A stretch of DNA of 64,000 nucleotides. Source: an uncultured Actinomycetota bacterium (lineage in GTDB: Bacteria > Actinomycetota > Actinomycetes > Streptosporangiales > Streptosporangiaceae). Shown here piece by piece: positions 1 through 9,489 of the stretch (the stretch's first letter is position 1; the number at the start of each line of letters is the position of its first letter). The notes under the pieces were generated by a model. It did not search any database. It saw nothing but the letters and a program-made list of their open reading frames with translations, and was not told where the DNA came from. The stretch covers positions 55,386 through 119,385 of the forward strand of contig CAWEGV010000002.1 of assembly GCA_963808615.1 (NCBI GenBank), read 5' to 3'. The position numbers were made by a program, and so were the translations under genes.

Positions 1-1005
1 GTCCGGGTCACGCTGCGGTATGACCTGCCCGACCCGCCTGAGGCGGACCTCGCCGCCGACATCGCCGGGCACGCGGTCGGGGTCATTAGCTCACAGCAGC
101 TGACCGCGGCGATCGCCGTCGGATACGGCCCCGAGCCGCTGGTGACACCGGTGGCGGGCGCGTTGCGGGACGCGGCGCAGCGGGCCGGGATCGACCTGCA
201 CGACGTCCTGCGGGTCACCGGCGGACGCTACTGGTCCTACCGGTGCGGCGACGCGGCGTGCTGCCCGTCCGCCGGAGTGCCGTTCGACCCGGCCGCTCAT
301 CCCGCCGCGGCCGATATGGCCGGCGCGGGGAAACAGGTGCTGGCCGACCGGGCCGCGGTGGCCGCCCGCGTAGCGCCGGTCGGCGGCATCGCCGCGGAAT
401 CGATGCGGCAGGCCACCCGCCGGGCCGAGCGGCACGTCGCCCAGTTGCTCGCCAAGGTCGGCAAGTCCTCCCGGATCGGCGCCGCGCGGCACATGATCGC
501 CGCCGAGGGCCTGGCCGCGGTCGGCACCATGATCGCCAGCTACCGCGGCGGCGGCCGGTTCAGCACGGACTACGAGATCGCACGGATCACGATGGCCCTG
601 CGCGACCTGAGAATCAGGGACGACGCCTGGGCCCGGATGGACCCGGCGCACGCCGACGCGCACCTGCGGCTGTGGATCGACGTGGTCCGGCGCGCCCAGC
701 CCGGGTACGGGGCCGCGCCCGCGGCGTTGCTTGCCTTCGTAGCCTGGCAGACCGGCGACGGGGCGCTGGCCAACGTGGCGCTCGACCGAGCCCTGGCCGA
801 CGATCCCAGCTACTCGATGGCCCTGCTGCTGCGGCAGGTGATCGACGCGGGCGTGCCGCCGGCGCTGGCCCGGCTTCCGATGACCCCTGAGGAGGTGGCC
901 GCCAGCTACGACGGCGCCGAGGACGAGGCCTTCCCCGCTGGCGAAGACGATGACCACGACCTGGACATCGACGACCACCAACCGGACCCGTACGACGAAG
1001 GCTGA
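1..1005 (+). CDS. DUF4192 domain-containing protein (5' partial, enters from the window edge)
   Basis: Frame 1 is open from nt 1 with no stop. ORF track 142..1005. The motif GGRYWSYRCGDAACCPSAGVPFD and the acidic C-terminus are typical of actinobacterial DUF4192 proteins. Confidence 0.6.
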   Translation, partial: VRVTLRYDLPDPPEADLAADIAGHAVGVISSQQLTAAIAVGYGPEPLVTPVAGALRDAAQRAGIDLHDVLRVTGGRYWSYRCGDAACCPSAGVPFDPAAHPAAADMAGAGKQVLADRAAVAARVAPVGGIAAESMRQATRRAERHVAQLLAKVGKSSRIGAARHMIAAEGLAAVGTMIASYRGGGRFSTDYEIARITMALRDLRIRDDAWARMDPAHADAHLRLWIDVVRRAQPGYGAAPAALLAFVAWQTGDGALANVALDRALADDPSYSMALLLRQVIDAGVPPALARLPMTPEEVAASYDGAEDEAFPAGEDDDHDLDIDDHQPDPYDEG

Positions 1006-1077
1006 GGTCACGGCCGCTCCATCGCGGCGGCCGGCGGGGGATGACCCGCTGATCCGGTTACACTGCGCGTTATGAGT

Positions 1078-1187
1078 CGTTCGTGTCATTCAGTTCTGCT
1101 GTGGTACTCGGCGCACCTTACGGGCACCGGTCGCTCGCACGGGCTCAATCGGCCCGTGCTCGCTGACCGGTTCCGAATGACACTCAC
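1078..1187 (+). repeat. About 110-nt palindromic intergenic repeat, copy 1 (MITE/REP-like)
   Basis: Aligns over its full length (roughly 75% identity by eye) with 38393..38502. Terminal inverted repeats GTGTCATTC (1083-1091) and GAATGACAC (1175-1183). Internal hairpin GCACGGGC-loop-GCCCGTGC flanked by ACCGGTC/GACCGGT. Confidence 0.6.
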
Positions 1188-1273
1188 CGGCTGAAATGTC
1201 CGCTTGTTCAGTACGGCCCCGCGTCTGCCGGGCTTTACCGTCCGTCCCCGTCATGGAGAGCAGGTCGTAACCC

Positions 1274-2647
1274 GTGGAGCAGCCCCGCATGACCGCCGAC
1301 ACGCACGAGGCCGCAGTAGCCAGGCTGCGTGAGGCCTACGCGGCCGCGCCGCCGGGGACGCCGGTGCGGCTGGCCAAGCGCACGTCCAACCTGTTCAGGT
1401 TCCGCGAGGCCCCGCAGGCCGGGCTGGATGTCTCCGCGTTCAGCCGCGTGCTGCGGGTTGATCCGGCCGCGCGTACGGCCTGGGTCGGCGGCATGACGAC
1501 CTACGAGGACCTGTGCGACGCCACGCTCGGGTACCGGCTGATGCCGCTGGTAGTGCCCCAGCTCAAGACGATCACCCTCGGCGGGGCGGTTTCCGGGCTG
1601 GGCATCGAGTCCACCTCACTGCGTAACGGCATGCCGCACGAGTCGGTCACCGAGATGGAGATCCTGACCGGAGATGGCCGTGTTGTCCGCGCCACCGCGG
1701 ACAACGAGCACGCCAGCCTGTACCGCGGCTTCCCGAATTCCCTGGGCACGCTCGGCTACGCCCTGTCGCTCACCATCGAACTGGAGCCGGTGCAGCCCTT
1801 CGTGCACCTGCGCCACTTCCGGTTCGCGACGCCGGAAGCCTGCCTGGACGCGGTGGCCCAGATCGCCGCCGAGGGCAGCTTCCGTGGCCACCGGGCCGAC
1901 TTCCTGGACGGGACCGCGTTCGCGCCGGACGAGTTGTACCTGACGGTCGGCGCGTTCAGCGACGTCGCGCCCTGGCGCAGCGACTACACCGGCCAGCAGA
2001 TCTACTACCTGTCGGTCAGGCGCGACAAGGAGGACTTCCTCACCATCCGCGACTACCTGTGGCGGTGGGACACCGACTGGTTCTGGTGCTCCCGGGCCTT
2101 CGGCGTCCAGAAGCCTCTGGTCAGACGGCTATGGCCGCGCCGTTACCGGCGCTCGGACGTGTATCGCAAGCTCGTCGCCCTGGACCGGCGCTACCGCCTC
2201 ACCGCCACCATGGACACCAGGCGGCATGCCCCGCTTCGTGAGTCGGTCATCCAGGACGTGGAGATCCCGGTCGGCCGCGGCGCCGATTTCCTGCGGTTTT
2301 TCGCCGCGAACGTGGGGATGAGCCCGGTCTGGATGTGCCCGGTGCGGGCCCGCAGCGACCGGGCCTGGGCGCTGTGGCCGCTCGAGCTCGGCGAGGTCTA
2401 CGTGAACTTCGGCTTCTGGGGGATGGTGCCGCTGCCCGAGGGAGAGGCGGACGGGTACTACAACCGCCTGGTGGAGGACGAGGTCGCGAAGCTGGACGGG
2501 CACAAGTCGCTGTACTCGACCGCGTTCTACCCCGAGGACGAGTTCTACCGGCGCTATGACGGCGAGGCGTACCGGGCGCTCAAGCACGCCTACGACGGCG
2601 AGGGGCGCCTGCTCGGCCTGTACGAGAAGTGCGTCCTGGGACGCTGA
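1274..2647 (+). CDS. FAD-binding oxidoreductase (BfaA-like 10-methylene fatty-acyl reductase candidate)
   Basis: 457-aa ORF. The FAD-binding PCMH-type N-terminal region (ITLGGAVSGLGIESTS) resembles the delta24-sterol-reductase-like family. It lies immediately upstream of a CFA-synthase-like methyltransferase. An alternative ATG start is at 1289. Confidence 0.7.
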   Translation: MEQPRMTADTHEAAVARLREAYAAAPPGTPVRLAKRTSNLFRFREAPQAGLDVSAFSRVLRVDPAARTAWVGGMTTYEDLCDATLGYRLMPLVVPQLKTITLGGAVSGLGIESTSLRNGMPHESVTEMEILTGDGRVVRATADNEHASLYRGFPNSLGTLGYALSLTIELEPVQPFVHLRHFRFATPEACLDAVAQIAAEGSFRGHRADFLDGTAFAPDELYLTVGAFSDVAPWRSDYTGQQIYYLSVRRDKEDFLTIRDYLWRWDTDWFWCSRAFGVQKPLVRRLWPRRYRRSDVYRKLVALDRRYRLTATMDTRRHAPLRESVIQDVEIPVGRGADFLRFFAANVGMSPVWMCPVRARSDRAWALWPLELGEVYVNFGFWGMVPLPEGEADGYYNRLVEDEVAKLDGHKSLYSTAFYPEDEFYRRYDGEAYRALKHAYDGEGRLLGLYEKCVLGR

Positions 2648-2678
2648 GGCAACCGATCAACGGAAAGGAACGCGCAGC

Positions 2679-3959
2679 ATGGCACTCGCGGAGGCCTTCG
2701 AGTCATTCGCCGGGCCCGACGCCCCGGTGGAGTTCACGGCCTATGACGGCAGCCACGCCGGCACGCCGGGATCTCCGGTGAAGATCACGGTCCGCTCGCC
2801 GGTGGCCGTGGCCTACCTGGCGCAGGCCCCCGGAGCACTCGGGCTGGCCCGGGCTTACGTCGCCGGGCACCTGGACGTCGACGGCGACATGTACGAGACT
2901 CTGTCCCGGATGACCAGGGTCCAGTCCATGAGCATGAGCTGGGCGGAGAAGGCGCGCCTGCTGCAGGCCCTGGGCGGCCCGAAGTTGCTGCTGCACCGGA
3001 TGCCGCCGCCGCCCCAGGAGGTCCGGCTGCACCGGCGCTGGCTCGGCGGCCGTTTGCACTCCAAGGGCCGCGACGCCGGGGCGGTCTCGCATCACTACGA
3101 CGTGTCCAACCGGTTCTACGAGTGGGTGCTCGGGCCGACCATGGCCTACACCTGCGCCTGCTACCCGCGCGAGGACGCGACGCTGGAAGAAGCGCAGGTG
3201 AACAAGTTCGACCTGGTCGCGCGCAAGCTCGGGCTGCGCGAGGGCATGCGGCTGCTGGACGTCGGCTGCGGCTGGGGCGGCATGGTGATGCACGCCGCGC
3301 GGGAGTACGGCGTCAAGGCGCTCGGCGTCACGCTGTCCGCACAGCAGGCGGCCTGGGGCCAGGCGGCCATCGAGCGGGAGGGCCTGTCCAAGCTGGCCGA
3401 GGTCCGGCACCTGGACTACCGGGACGTGCCGGAGACGGGCTTCGACGCGGTCAGCTCGATCGGGCTCACCGAGCACGTCGGCAAGCAGAACCTCCCCGGC
3501 TACTTCGCGTTCCTGCTCGGGAAGCTGAACGTCGGCGGGCGGCTGCTCAACCACTGCATCACCCGGCCGGACAACATCGAGCCGTCCATGCGCAAGACCG
3601 GGTACATCAACCGGTACGTGTTCCCCGATGGCGAGCTCGAGGGACCCGGTTACCTGATCTCGCTCATGCACGACACCGGCTTCGAGGTGCGGCACGAGGA
3701 GAACCTCCGCGAGCACTACGCCAAGACCCTGGCGGCCTGGTGCGCCAACCTCGACGCGCACTGGGATGAGGCGGTGGCCGAGGTCGGCCAGGGCACGGCC
3801 CGGGTGTGGCGGCTGTACATGGCCGGCTCGCGGCTCGGTTTCGACCGGAACCACATCGAGCTGCATCAGGTGCTGGGCGTGCGGCTGCAGGCGGACGGGA
3901 CGTCGGGCATGCCGCTGCGGCCCGACTGGGAGGTACCGCGGGTCCTGGCCAGTTCGTGA
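2679..3959 (+). CDS. Cyclopropane-fatty-acyl-phospholipid synthase family SAM-dependent methyltransferase (BfaB/Cfa-like)
   Basis: Motifs HYDVSNRFYEWVLGPTMAYTCAYY and LLDVGCGWGGM (SAM motif I). ATG at 2679 is preceded by GGAAAGGAA. The ORF-track start at 2556 overlaps the upstream gene and is unlikely. Confidence 0.85.
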   Translation: MALAEAFESFAGPDAPVEFTAYDGSHAGTPGSPVKITVRSPVAVAYLAQAPGALGLARAYVAGHLDVDGDMYETLSRMTRVQSMSMSWAEKARLLQALGGPKLLLHRMPPPPQEVRLHRRWLGGRLHSKGRDAGAVSHHYDVSNRFYEWVLGPTMAYTCACYPREDATLEEAQVNKFDLVARKLGLREGMRLLDVGCGWGGMVMHAAREYGVKALGVTLSAQQAAWGQAAIEREGLSKLAEVRHLDYRDVPETGFDAVSSIGLTEHVGKQNLPGYFAFLLGKLNVGGRLLNHCITRPDNIEPSMRKTGYINRYVFPDGELEGPGYLISLMHDTGFEVRHEENLREHYAKTLAAWCANLDAHWDEAVAEVGQGTARVWRLYMAGSRLGFDRNHIELHQVLGVRLQADGTSGMPLRPDWEVPRVLASS

Positions 3960-4148
3960 TCGCAGCGGACCGTAATACTCGGTCCTGCCGGCAGGTCCGC
4001 GGCCCGGCCTGCACGTCTGGTCGCTGATCAGCCGTTGATCCCGCAGCCGGCCGGGGGCGCTTGCGCCGGCCGTGCGCTATCCTGTGCCCATGCGTGCCGT
4101 CCGGCTGCTTCTTACCTAGCCGCGCCGACCTACCGTCGTTGGCGCGGC

Positions 4149-4174
4149 TGCCCCTCGTGTCGAGGGGCATTTTC
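4149..4174 (+). terminator. Rho-independent terminator-like hairpin
   Basis: Stem TGCCCCTCG, loop tgt, stem CGAGGGGCA, followed by TTTTC. A second hairpin (GCCGCGCC...GGCGCGGC) lies just before it. Located between the methyltransferase and leuS. Confidence 0.5.
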
Positions 4175-4229
4175 ATTGGCGGTGCTCAAACACCCCGACC
4201 GGCCGGACCGATTCGATGGCGAGGAAATA

Positions 4230-6746
4230 ATGACAGCGGCCGAGAGCGTCGATCTGGCGCAGCGCTACGACCCCCGCGATGTCCAGGAGAAATGGCAGGC
4301 GCGCTGGGCGGACCTGGATCCCTTCCGCGCCAGCGAGGATCCCGCCGATCCGCGGGAGCACTTCTACCTGGTGGACATGTTCCCGTACCCGTCGGGTGAC
4401 CTGCACATGGGCCATGCCGAGGCGTACGCCATCGGTGACGCCCTGGCCCGGTACCAGTTCCTGCGAGGCCGCAACGTGCTGCACCCGATCGGCTGGGATG
4501 CCTTCGGCCTGCCCGCGGAGAACGCTGCCATCAGGAACAACTCGCACCCGGCCGACTGGACGTACGCCAACATCGAGACCCAGGCGGCGTCGTTCCGCCG
4601 GTACGCGACCTCGTTCGACTGGAGCCGGCGCCTGGCCACCTGCGATCCCACCTACTACCGCTGGAACCAGTGGCTGTTCCTGCGCTTCTACGAGCGGGGC
4701 CTGGCCTACCGCAGGGACGGCTACGTCAACTGGTGCCCGGTGGACCAGACCGTCCTGGCCAACGAGCAGGTCATCGCCGGGAGATGCGAGCGCTGCGGCG
4801 CCGAGGTCATCCGGCGGATGCTGAACCAGTGGTACTTCAAGATCACCGAGTACGCCGACCGGCTGCTAGCCGACGCCGAGCAGCTGGAGGGCTGCTGGCC
4901 CGACCGCGTGCTGCTCATGCAGCGCAACTGGATCGGCCGCTCCGAAGGAGCCGACGTCCGCTTCATGGTGGAGGGCCGGGATGAGCCGGTCACGGTCTTC
5001 ACCACCAGGCCCGACACGCTGTACGGGGCGACGTTCTTCGTGGTGGCGGCGGATTCGCCGCTGGCCGAGCAGGTGTGCGCCCTGGAGCGCCTGCCCGAGC
5101 TGCGGGCCTACACCGAGCAGGTCCGCAAGCTGACCGACATCGAGCGTCAGTCGACCGACCGGGAGAAGACCGGCGTTTTCCTCGGCCGGCACGCGGTCAA
5201 CCCGGTCAACGGCGAGCTGATCCCGGTGTGGGCGGCCGACTACGTGCTGCCCGACTACGGCACCGGGGCCATCATGGCCGTGCCCGCGCACGACCAGCGC
5301 GACCTTGACTTCGCGCGCGCCTACGGGCTGGACGTCCGGGTCGTGGTCGACACCGGACAGCCGGACCCGGCGCAGACCGGGATCGCCACCCCGGGCGACG
5401 GCACGCTGGTGAACTCCGGCCCGATCAACGGGCTGCCCAAGGCGGAGGCCATCGCGGCGATCACCGCCATCCTGGCCGACAAGGGCCAGGGCCGCGCGGC
5501 CGTCAACTACCGGCTCAGGGACTGGCTGGTGTCACGCCAGCGGTTCTGGGGCACTCCGATCCCGATCGTGCACTGCCCGTCGTGCGGTGAGGTGCCGGTT
5601 CCGGATGACCAGCTGCCGGTGGTGCTGCCCGACCTGCGCGGCCAGGACCTCGTGCCCAGGGGCGTGTCCCCGCTGGCCGCGGCCGAGGACTGGGTGAACG
5701 TCGACTGCCCGCGCTGCGGTGGCCCGGCCAAGCGTGACACGGACACCATGGACACGTTCGTGGACTCGTCCTGGTACATGTTCCGTTACTGCTCGCCCGC
5801 CGACACCGATGGTCCGTTCGAGCCGGCCGGGGTCCGCCGGTGGGCGCCGGTGGACATGTACGTGGGCGGCGTCGAGCACGCCATCCTCCACCTGCTGTAC
5901 AGCAGGTTCTTCACCAAGATCCTCTATGACATGGGCCTGGTGGATTTCACCGAGCCGTTCAACCGGCTGATCAACCAGGGCCAGGTGATCAACCGCGGCA
6001 AGGCGATGTCCAAATCGCTGGGCAACGGCGTGGACCTCGGCGAGCAGATCGAGCGGTTCGGGGTGGATGCGATCAGGCTGACCATGATCTTCGCCAGCCC
6101 GCCCGAAGACGACATCGACTGGGCCGATATGCATCCCGAAGCGATGGTCAAGTTCCTCGGCCGGGTCTGGCGGATCGCGGCCGACGTCGCCGCTGCCGAC
6201 ACCGGAGCCAGCGACACGGTCCGCGCGCCGGGGGACGGCGAGCTGCGCAGGGTCACCCATCGCACCATCGATGAGGTCACCCGCCAGGTCGAGGGATACC
6301 ACCTGAACGTAGCCGTGGCCCGGCTGATGGAGCTGGTCAGCGCGACCCGGAAGGTCATCGATTCCGGGGGGTCCCGCGGGGCCCAGAGGCTGGGTGCGGC
6401 CGACCCAGCGGTCCGCGAGGCGGCCGAGGTCCTGACCGTGCTGCTGTCCCTGTTCGCGCCCTACACCGCCGAGGAATGCTGGGAGCTGCTCGGACACCAG
6501 CCCTCGGTGGGCCGGACCGCCTGGCCTGTCGCCGACCCGGACCTGCTGACCCAGGAGCGGGTGACGTGCGTGGTGCAGGTCAACGGCAAGGTCCGTGACA
6601 GGCTGGAGGTCCCGCCGGCCATCACCGAAGACGAGCTCCGCGAGCTCGCGCTGACGGCGCCGGGAGTGCTACGAACGCTGGGCGGTCAGCCGGTCAGCCG
6701 GGTCATCGTCCGCGCGCCGAAGCTGGTCAGCATCGTCGCGGCCTGA
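4230..6746 (+). CDS. leuS: Leucine--tRNA ligase
   Basis: Class I signature [12 protein letters not shown] (HIGH-like) and KMSKSLGNG (KMSKS). Start [26 protein letters not shown] at ATG 4230 follows GAGGAAA. The ORF-track start at 4035 is an upstream extension. Confidence 0.95.
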   Translation: MTAAESVDLAQRYDPRDVQEKWQARWADLDPFRASEDPADPREHFYLVDMFPYPSGDLHMGHAEAYAIGDALARYQFLRGRNVLHPIGWDAFGLPAENAAIRNNSHPADWTYANIETQAASFRRYATSFDWSRRLATCDPTYYRWNQWLFLRFYERGLAYRRDGYVNWCPVDQTVLANEQVIAGRCERCGAEVIRRMLNQWYFKITEYADRLLADAEQLEGCWPDRVLLMQRNWIGRSEGADVRFMVEGRDEPVTVFTTRPDTLYGATFFVVAADSPLAEQVCALERLPELRAYTEQVRKLTDIERQSTDREKTGVFLGRHAVNPVNGELIPVWAADYVLPDYGTGAIMAVPAHDQRDLDFARAYGLDVRVVVDTGQPDPAQTGIATPGDGTLVNSGPINGLPKAEAIAAITAILADKGQGRAAVNYRLRDWLVSRQRFWGTPIPIVHCPSCGEVPVPDDQLPVVLPDLRGQDLVPRGVSPLAAAEDWVNVDCPRCGGPAKRDTDTMDTFVDSSWYMFRYCSPADTDGPFEPAGVRRWAPVDMYVGGVEHAILHLLYSRFFTKILYDMGLVDFTEPFNRLINQGQVINRGKAMSKSLGNGVDLGEQIERFGVDAIRLTMIFASPPEDDIDWADMHPEAMVKFLGRVWRIAADVAAADTGASDTVRAPGDGELRRVTHRTIDEVTRQVEGYHLNVAVARLMELVSATRKVIDSGGSRGAQRLGAADPAVREAAEVLTVLLSLFAPYTAEECWELLGHQPSVGRTAWPVADPDLLTQERVTCVVQVNGKVRDRLEVPPAITEDELRELALTAPGVLRTLGGQPVSRVIVRAPKLVSIVAA

Positions 6747-6803
6747 CCGTGACCCGCTCGTCCCGTCGCGAGCGGCGCCCCGGCCGGGACCGTCGTGGGC
6801 TCG

Positions 6804-6873
6804 GACGCGGCAGGATCAGGCGCGGCAGGTTCAGACGCGGCAGGTTCAGACGCGGCAGGTTCAGACGCGGCGG
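6804..6873. repeat. 15-nt tandem repeat, about 4.6 units (GACGCGGCAGGTTCA)
   Basis: Units start at 6804, 6819, 6834, 6849 and 6864 (the last is partial). The last units overlap the lexA stop codon and final codons on the minus strand. Confidence 0.75.
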
Positions 6874-7673
6874 AGCACGGCGACGACGCGGCCGAGGATG
6901 CTCGCCTCGTCACCGAGGAGCGGCGTGTAGGCGGGGTTGTGCGGGATCAGCCAGGCGTGCCCGTCGCTCCGCTTGAACGTCTTCACCGTCGCCTCGCCGT
7001 CGAGCATCGCGGCCACGATGTCCCCGTTCTGCGCATCTTCCTGCTGCCGGACCACGACCCAGTCCCCGTCCGCGATGGCGGCGTTGATCATCGAGTCGCC
7101 GACCACCTTGAGCAGGAACAGCGTGCCCTCGCCCACCAGCTGCCTGGGCAGCGGGAAGACGTCTTCCACGTATTGCTCGGCCAGGATCGGCCCGCCCGCG
7201 GCGATCCGCCCGATCCACGGGACGTAGGCGGCTTCTTGTGACGCGATGTCGATGCCGGGAATGTCGGCCGGCGCTTCGGCCTCGCGCTCGCGGCCCGGCT
7301 CCGGCCGCACCGCCGGGTGACCGGGCAGGCGCACTTCGACCGTCCTGGGCCGGCCCACGTCGCGGTGCAGGTAGCCCTTCTTCTGCAGGGTGCTGAGCTG
7401 ATACGAGACACTCGAGGTGCTGGTCAGCCCGACCGCTTCCCCGATCTCCCGCATCGACGGCGGGTAGCCGCGCTTCTGAACCGAGTCGCGGATGACCTGA
7501 AGCACCTTGCGCTGCCGCCAGGTCAGCACGTGGTCGGGATCGGGCCTGTCCGGAGTATCCAGGGGAATCACGGGCACGCTGCCTTTTGGTTTGCGCCCTG
7601 GCCGTCCCTTCGGTCTGGGGGCGTCGGTGCCGGAAGTGCCCGTTGTGGTGCCTCCCATGGCGGTTTCCTCCAT
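6861..7673 (-). CDS. lexA: LexA repressor (S24 peptidase)
   Basis: Winged-helix region [35 protein letters not shown]. Cleavage and catalytic region includes [16 protein letters not shown] and ATVKTF. An alternative ATG at 7658 has a better GGAGGA spacing. Confidence 0.95.
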   Translation of the reverse strand: MEETAMGGTTTGTSGTDAPRPKGRPGRKPKGSVPVIPLDTPDRPDPDHVLTWRQRKVLQVIRDSVQKRGYPPSMREIGEAVGLTSTSSVSYQLSTLQKKGYLHRDVGRPRTVEVRLPGHPAVRPEPGREREAEAPADIPGIDIASQEAAYVPWIGRIAAGGPILAEQYVEDVFPLPRQLVGEGTLFLLKVVGDSMINAAIADGDWVVVRQQEDAQNGDIVAAMLDGEATVKTFKRSDGHAWLIPHNPAYTPLLGDEASILGRVVAVLRRV

Positions 7674-7739
7674 CTGATGACCTTCCGTGTCCGGAATCTT
7701 GCGTACTGATGTAGAGAGTAGCGTTCCTCGCCCGATATC

Positions 7740-7755
7740 CCAAACATCTGTTCGA
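7740..7755. promoter_or_regulatory. SOS-box-like site upstream of lexA
   Basis: CCAAACATCTGTTCGA compared with the actinobacterial consensus TCGAAC-N4-GTTCGA. The right half is perfect and the left half has 2 mismatches. Confidence 0.5.
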
Positions 7756-7809
7756 CGTGTCGCGAAAATGTCAGGCCCGCGCGATACAACGATGTAGTAG
7801 GCGTTCCGC

Positions 7810-7873
7810 TCGAACAGGAATACGATCGAACGAAGGTGCGATCGAACATAGTATAGCTCGAACGAAAGTTTGA
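7810..7873. promoter_or_regulatory. Array of four abutting 16-bp SOS-box-like units
   Basis: TCGAAC occurs at 7810, 7826, 7842 and 7858, an exact 16-bp period. The right halves are ATACGA, GTGCGA, TATAGC and GTTTGA, with 2, 1, 4 and 1 mismatches to GTTCGA. The array ends at the start of the ChiZ-like ORF. Confidence 0.5.
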
Positions 7874-8643
7874 TGATGGAGGTCGTAGTGAGCGCGCTGC
7901 ACGCGATGGCATTGCCGGAGAACGACCCGGACAGCCGGGCGACCGCTATCTGCAGAGCCCACGGCCGGGCAGTACACCATCGGGCCGCCCGTGACCGGGC
8001 CGCACGCGGCCGGGCGGCGCGTGACGAGGCGGCACCTAACCAGGCGGCACGCGGCCAGGCGCCCGCCGACTGGACGGCCCGCGGCCAGGACCCTTCCAGC
8101 CGTGTGATCCGCGGTCGCGCGCCCTCTGGCCAAGCAGCACACCACCAGGCGGCACCCGGTCAGGCGGCACCCGCCCAGGCAGGGCCCGGTCAGACGGCAC
8201 GTGCCCAGGCAGCACGCGGTCGGACGGCACCCGCCCAGGCAAGTCCCGGTCAGACGGCCCGCAGCCAGGCAGCGCGCAGTCAGACAGCGCGCGATCAGGC
8301 GGCACGCGGTCAAGCCGCACAGGCCCAGGCCACGGACGTGCCGCTGCGGCTTACCAGGCGGGGGCGCGTGGTGATAGCGGTCGCGGCCGCGATCTTGGTG
8401 GCCGCCGTGTCGCTGATCGCCGCCGGGGCGGTGCAGGCCGCGGACCGCCCCGCGCCGCCCCGCGTGGCAGAGCAGAATCTGGCCCGGGTGGTCGTCCGGC
8501 CGGGCCAGAGCCTGTGGTCGGTCGCGGAGAGAGCCGATCCCGGAGCGGACACCCGCCAGGTCATCCAGCAGATCGTCGAGCTCAACGACCTGACCGGCGA
8601 TGCGGTCGTGGCCGGCCAGTTGCTGTGGGTGCCCCGCGGCTGA
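7870..8643 (+). CDS. LysM domain protein, ChiZ-like (Rv2719c-like, SOS-associated)
   Basis: C-terminal LysM domain ([48 protein letters not shown]). One TM helix ([22 protein letters not shown]). Arg-rich repetitive N-terminus. Divergent from lexA and upstream of nrdR, as in mycobacteria. The start is uncertain; GTG 7888 follows GGAGG. Confidence 0.75.
   Translation: MMMEVVVSALHAMALPENDPDSRATAICRAHGRAVHHRAARDRAARGRAARDEAAPNQAARGQAPADWTARGQDPSSRVIRGRAPSGQAAHHQAAPGQAAPAQAGPGQTARAQAARGRTAPAQASPGQTARSQAARSQTARDQAARGQAAQAQATDVPLRLTRRGRVVIAVAAAILVAAVSLIAAGAVQAADRPAPPRVAEQNLARVVVRPGQSLWSVAERADPGADTRQVIQQIVELNDLTGDAVVAGQLLWVPRG
7981..8330 (+). repeat. Degenerate 15-nt (pentapeptide) tandem array inside the ChiZ-like CDS
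   Basis: About 23 units of CAGGCGGCACSCGGY-like sequence encoding [15 protein letters not shown] repeats. Confidence 0.6.
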
Positions 8644-8821
8644 GATCCGCCGCGCCCGGTGCCGGGCCGTCCACCCGTTGCGCCCGGCCGCCACAGGCTG
8701 TGACACAGGCCCGCGCACCCCGCGACACGCCGGCGCCGTGGCCCGGAACGGCATGCTAACCGCGATTCCGGATCGAGCGCTCGTGTCGTCTTGCCTAAGA
8801 GCGCCGCGTCGACTAACGTAA

Positions 8822-8872
8822 CCACAACATCTAGTACTTACATCACTGTATTTTTTCCACAAGTTGTGTTCG
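8822..8872. promoter_or_regulatory. Putative NrdR boxes / promoter of nrdR-nrdJ
   Basis: An AT-rich patch in a GC-rich genome holds CCACAACATCTAGTAC and, about 35 bp downstream, the palindrome CACAAGTTGTG. The match to the NrdR-box consensus acaCwAtATaTwGtgt is only partial. Confidence 0.3.
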
Positions 8873-8917
8873 CAGGCCGAAACTGAGAACGCGCGGGGAC
8901 GCTGGGGAGGTGATCGC

Positions 8918-9406
8918 GTGCACTGTCCGTTTTGTCGCAATCCGGACAGCAGGGTCATCGACAGCCGGACCGCCGATGACGGTGTCGCGATCCGCCGCCG
9001 GAGGTCGTGCCCGGAATGCGGGCGGCGGTTTACCACCCAGGAGACGGTCATCTTGATGGTGGCCAAGCGCAGCGGGGTGACCGAGCCGTTCACCCGCGAC
9101 AAGATCATCCGCGGCGTGCAGCGCGCGTGCCAGGGCCGGCCGGTCGGCGAGGACAAGCTGGCGATCCTGGCCCAGCAGGTGGAGGAAACAATCCGGGCCC
9201 GCGGCCTGGCCGAGGTCCCCTCCCACGAGGTGGGCGTGGCCGTCCTCGGCCCGCTCAGGGAGCTTGACGAGGTTGCCTACCTGAGGTTCGCCTCGGTCTA
9301 CCGGGGCTTCGAGTCGCTCGCCGACTTCGAGGACGAGATCGAAACCTTGCGCCAGGAGCGACGCAACGGTGCGCGACCCTCCGCGGGTAAGGAAACGTCG
9401 CCGTAA
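8918..9406 (+). CDS. nrdR: Transcriptional repressor NrdR
   Basis: [42 protein letters not shown] zinc ribbon plus ATP-cone. GTG at 8918 follows GGGGAGG. Confidence 0.95.
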   Translation: MHCPFCRNPDSRVIDSRTADDGVAIRRRRSCPECGRRFTTQETVILMVAKRSGVTEPFTRDKIIRGVQRACQGRPVGEDKLAILAQQVEETIRARGLAEVPSHEVGVAVLGPLRELDEVAYLRFASVYRGFESLADFEDEIETLRQERRNGARPSAGKETSP

Positions 9407-9489
9407 GACAGCACCACAGTTTGTCATCGTCGCAGTATGGCCAGGCAGGGCCGGGACAGGGATCCGCAAGGATCCCGGAAGGGGAAGAC

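Noticed and set aside
4035-4229. T-box or other leader riboswitch upstream of leuS.
   Set aside because: Two hairpins and a U-tract are present. I could not find the T-box consensus or a specifier-loop arrangement, so it is annotated only as a terminator-like hairpin.
6361-6400. Possible third, degenerate copy of the G/C-run element in leuS (CCGGGGGGTCCCGCGGGGCCC, peptide [11 protein letters not shown]). Similar short matches occur at 47281-47305 (CGGGGGGATGGG) and 58861-58880.
   Set aside because: Only 10-12 nt are shared with the elements at 28.0 and 54.6 kb. In a GC-rich genome this may be chance. They are worth including in a genome-wide search but are not claimed here.
9407-9489. Cobalamin riboswitch in front of nrdJ.
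   Set aside because: The spacer is only about 80 nt with no B12-box-like sequence. B12 riboswitches are expected on class I RNR operons, not on nrdJ.
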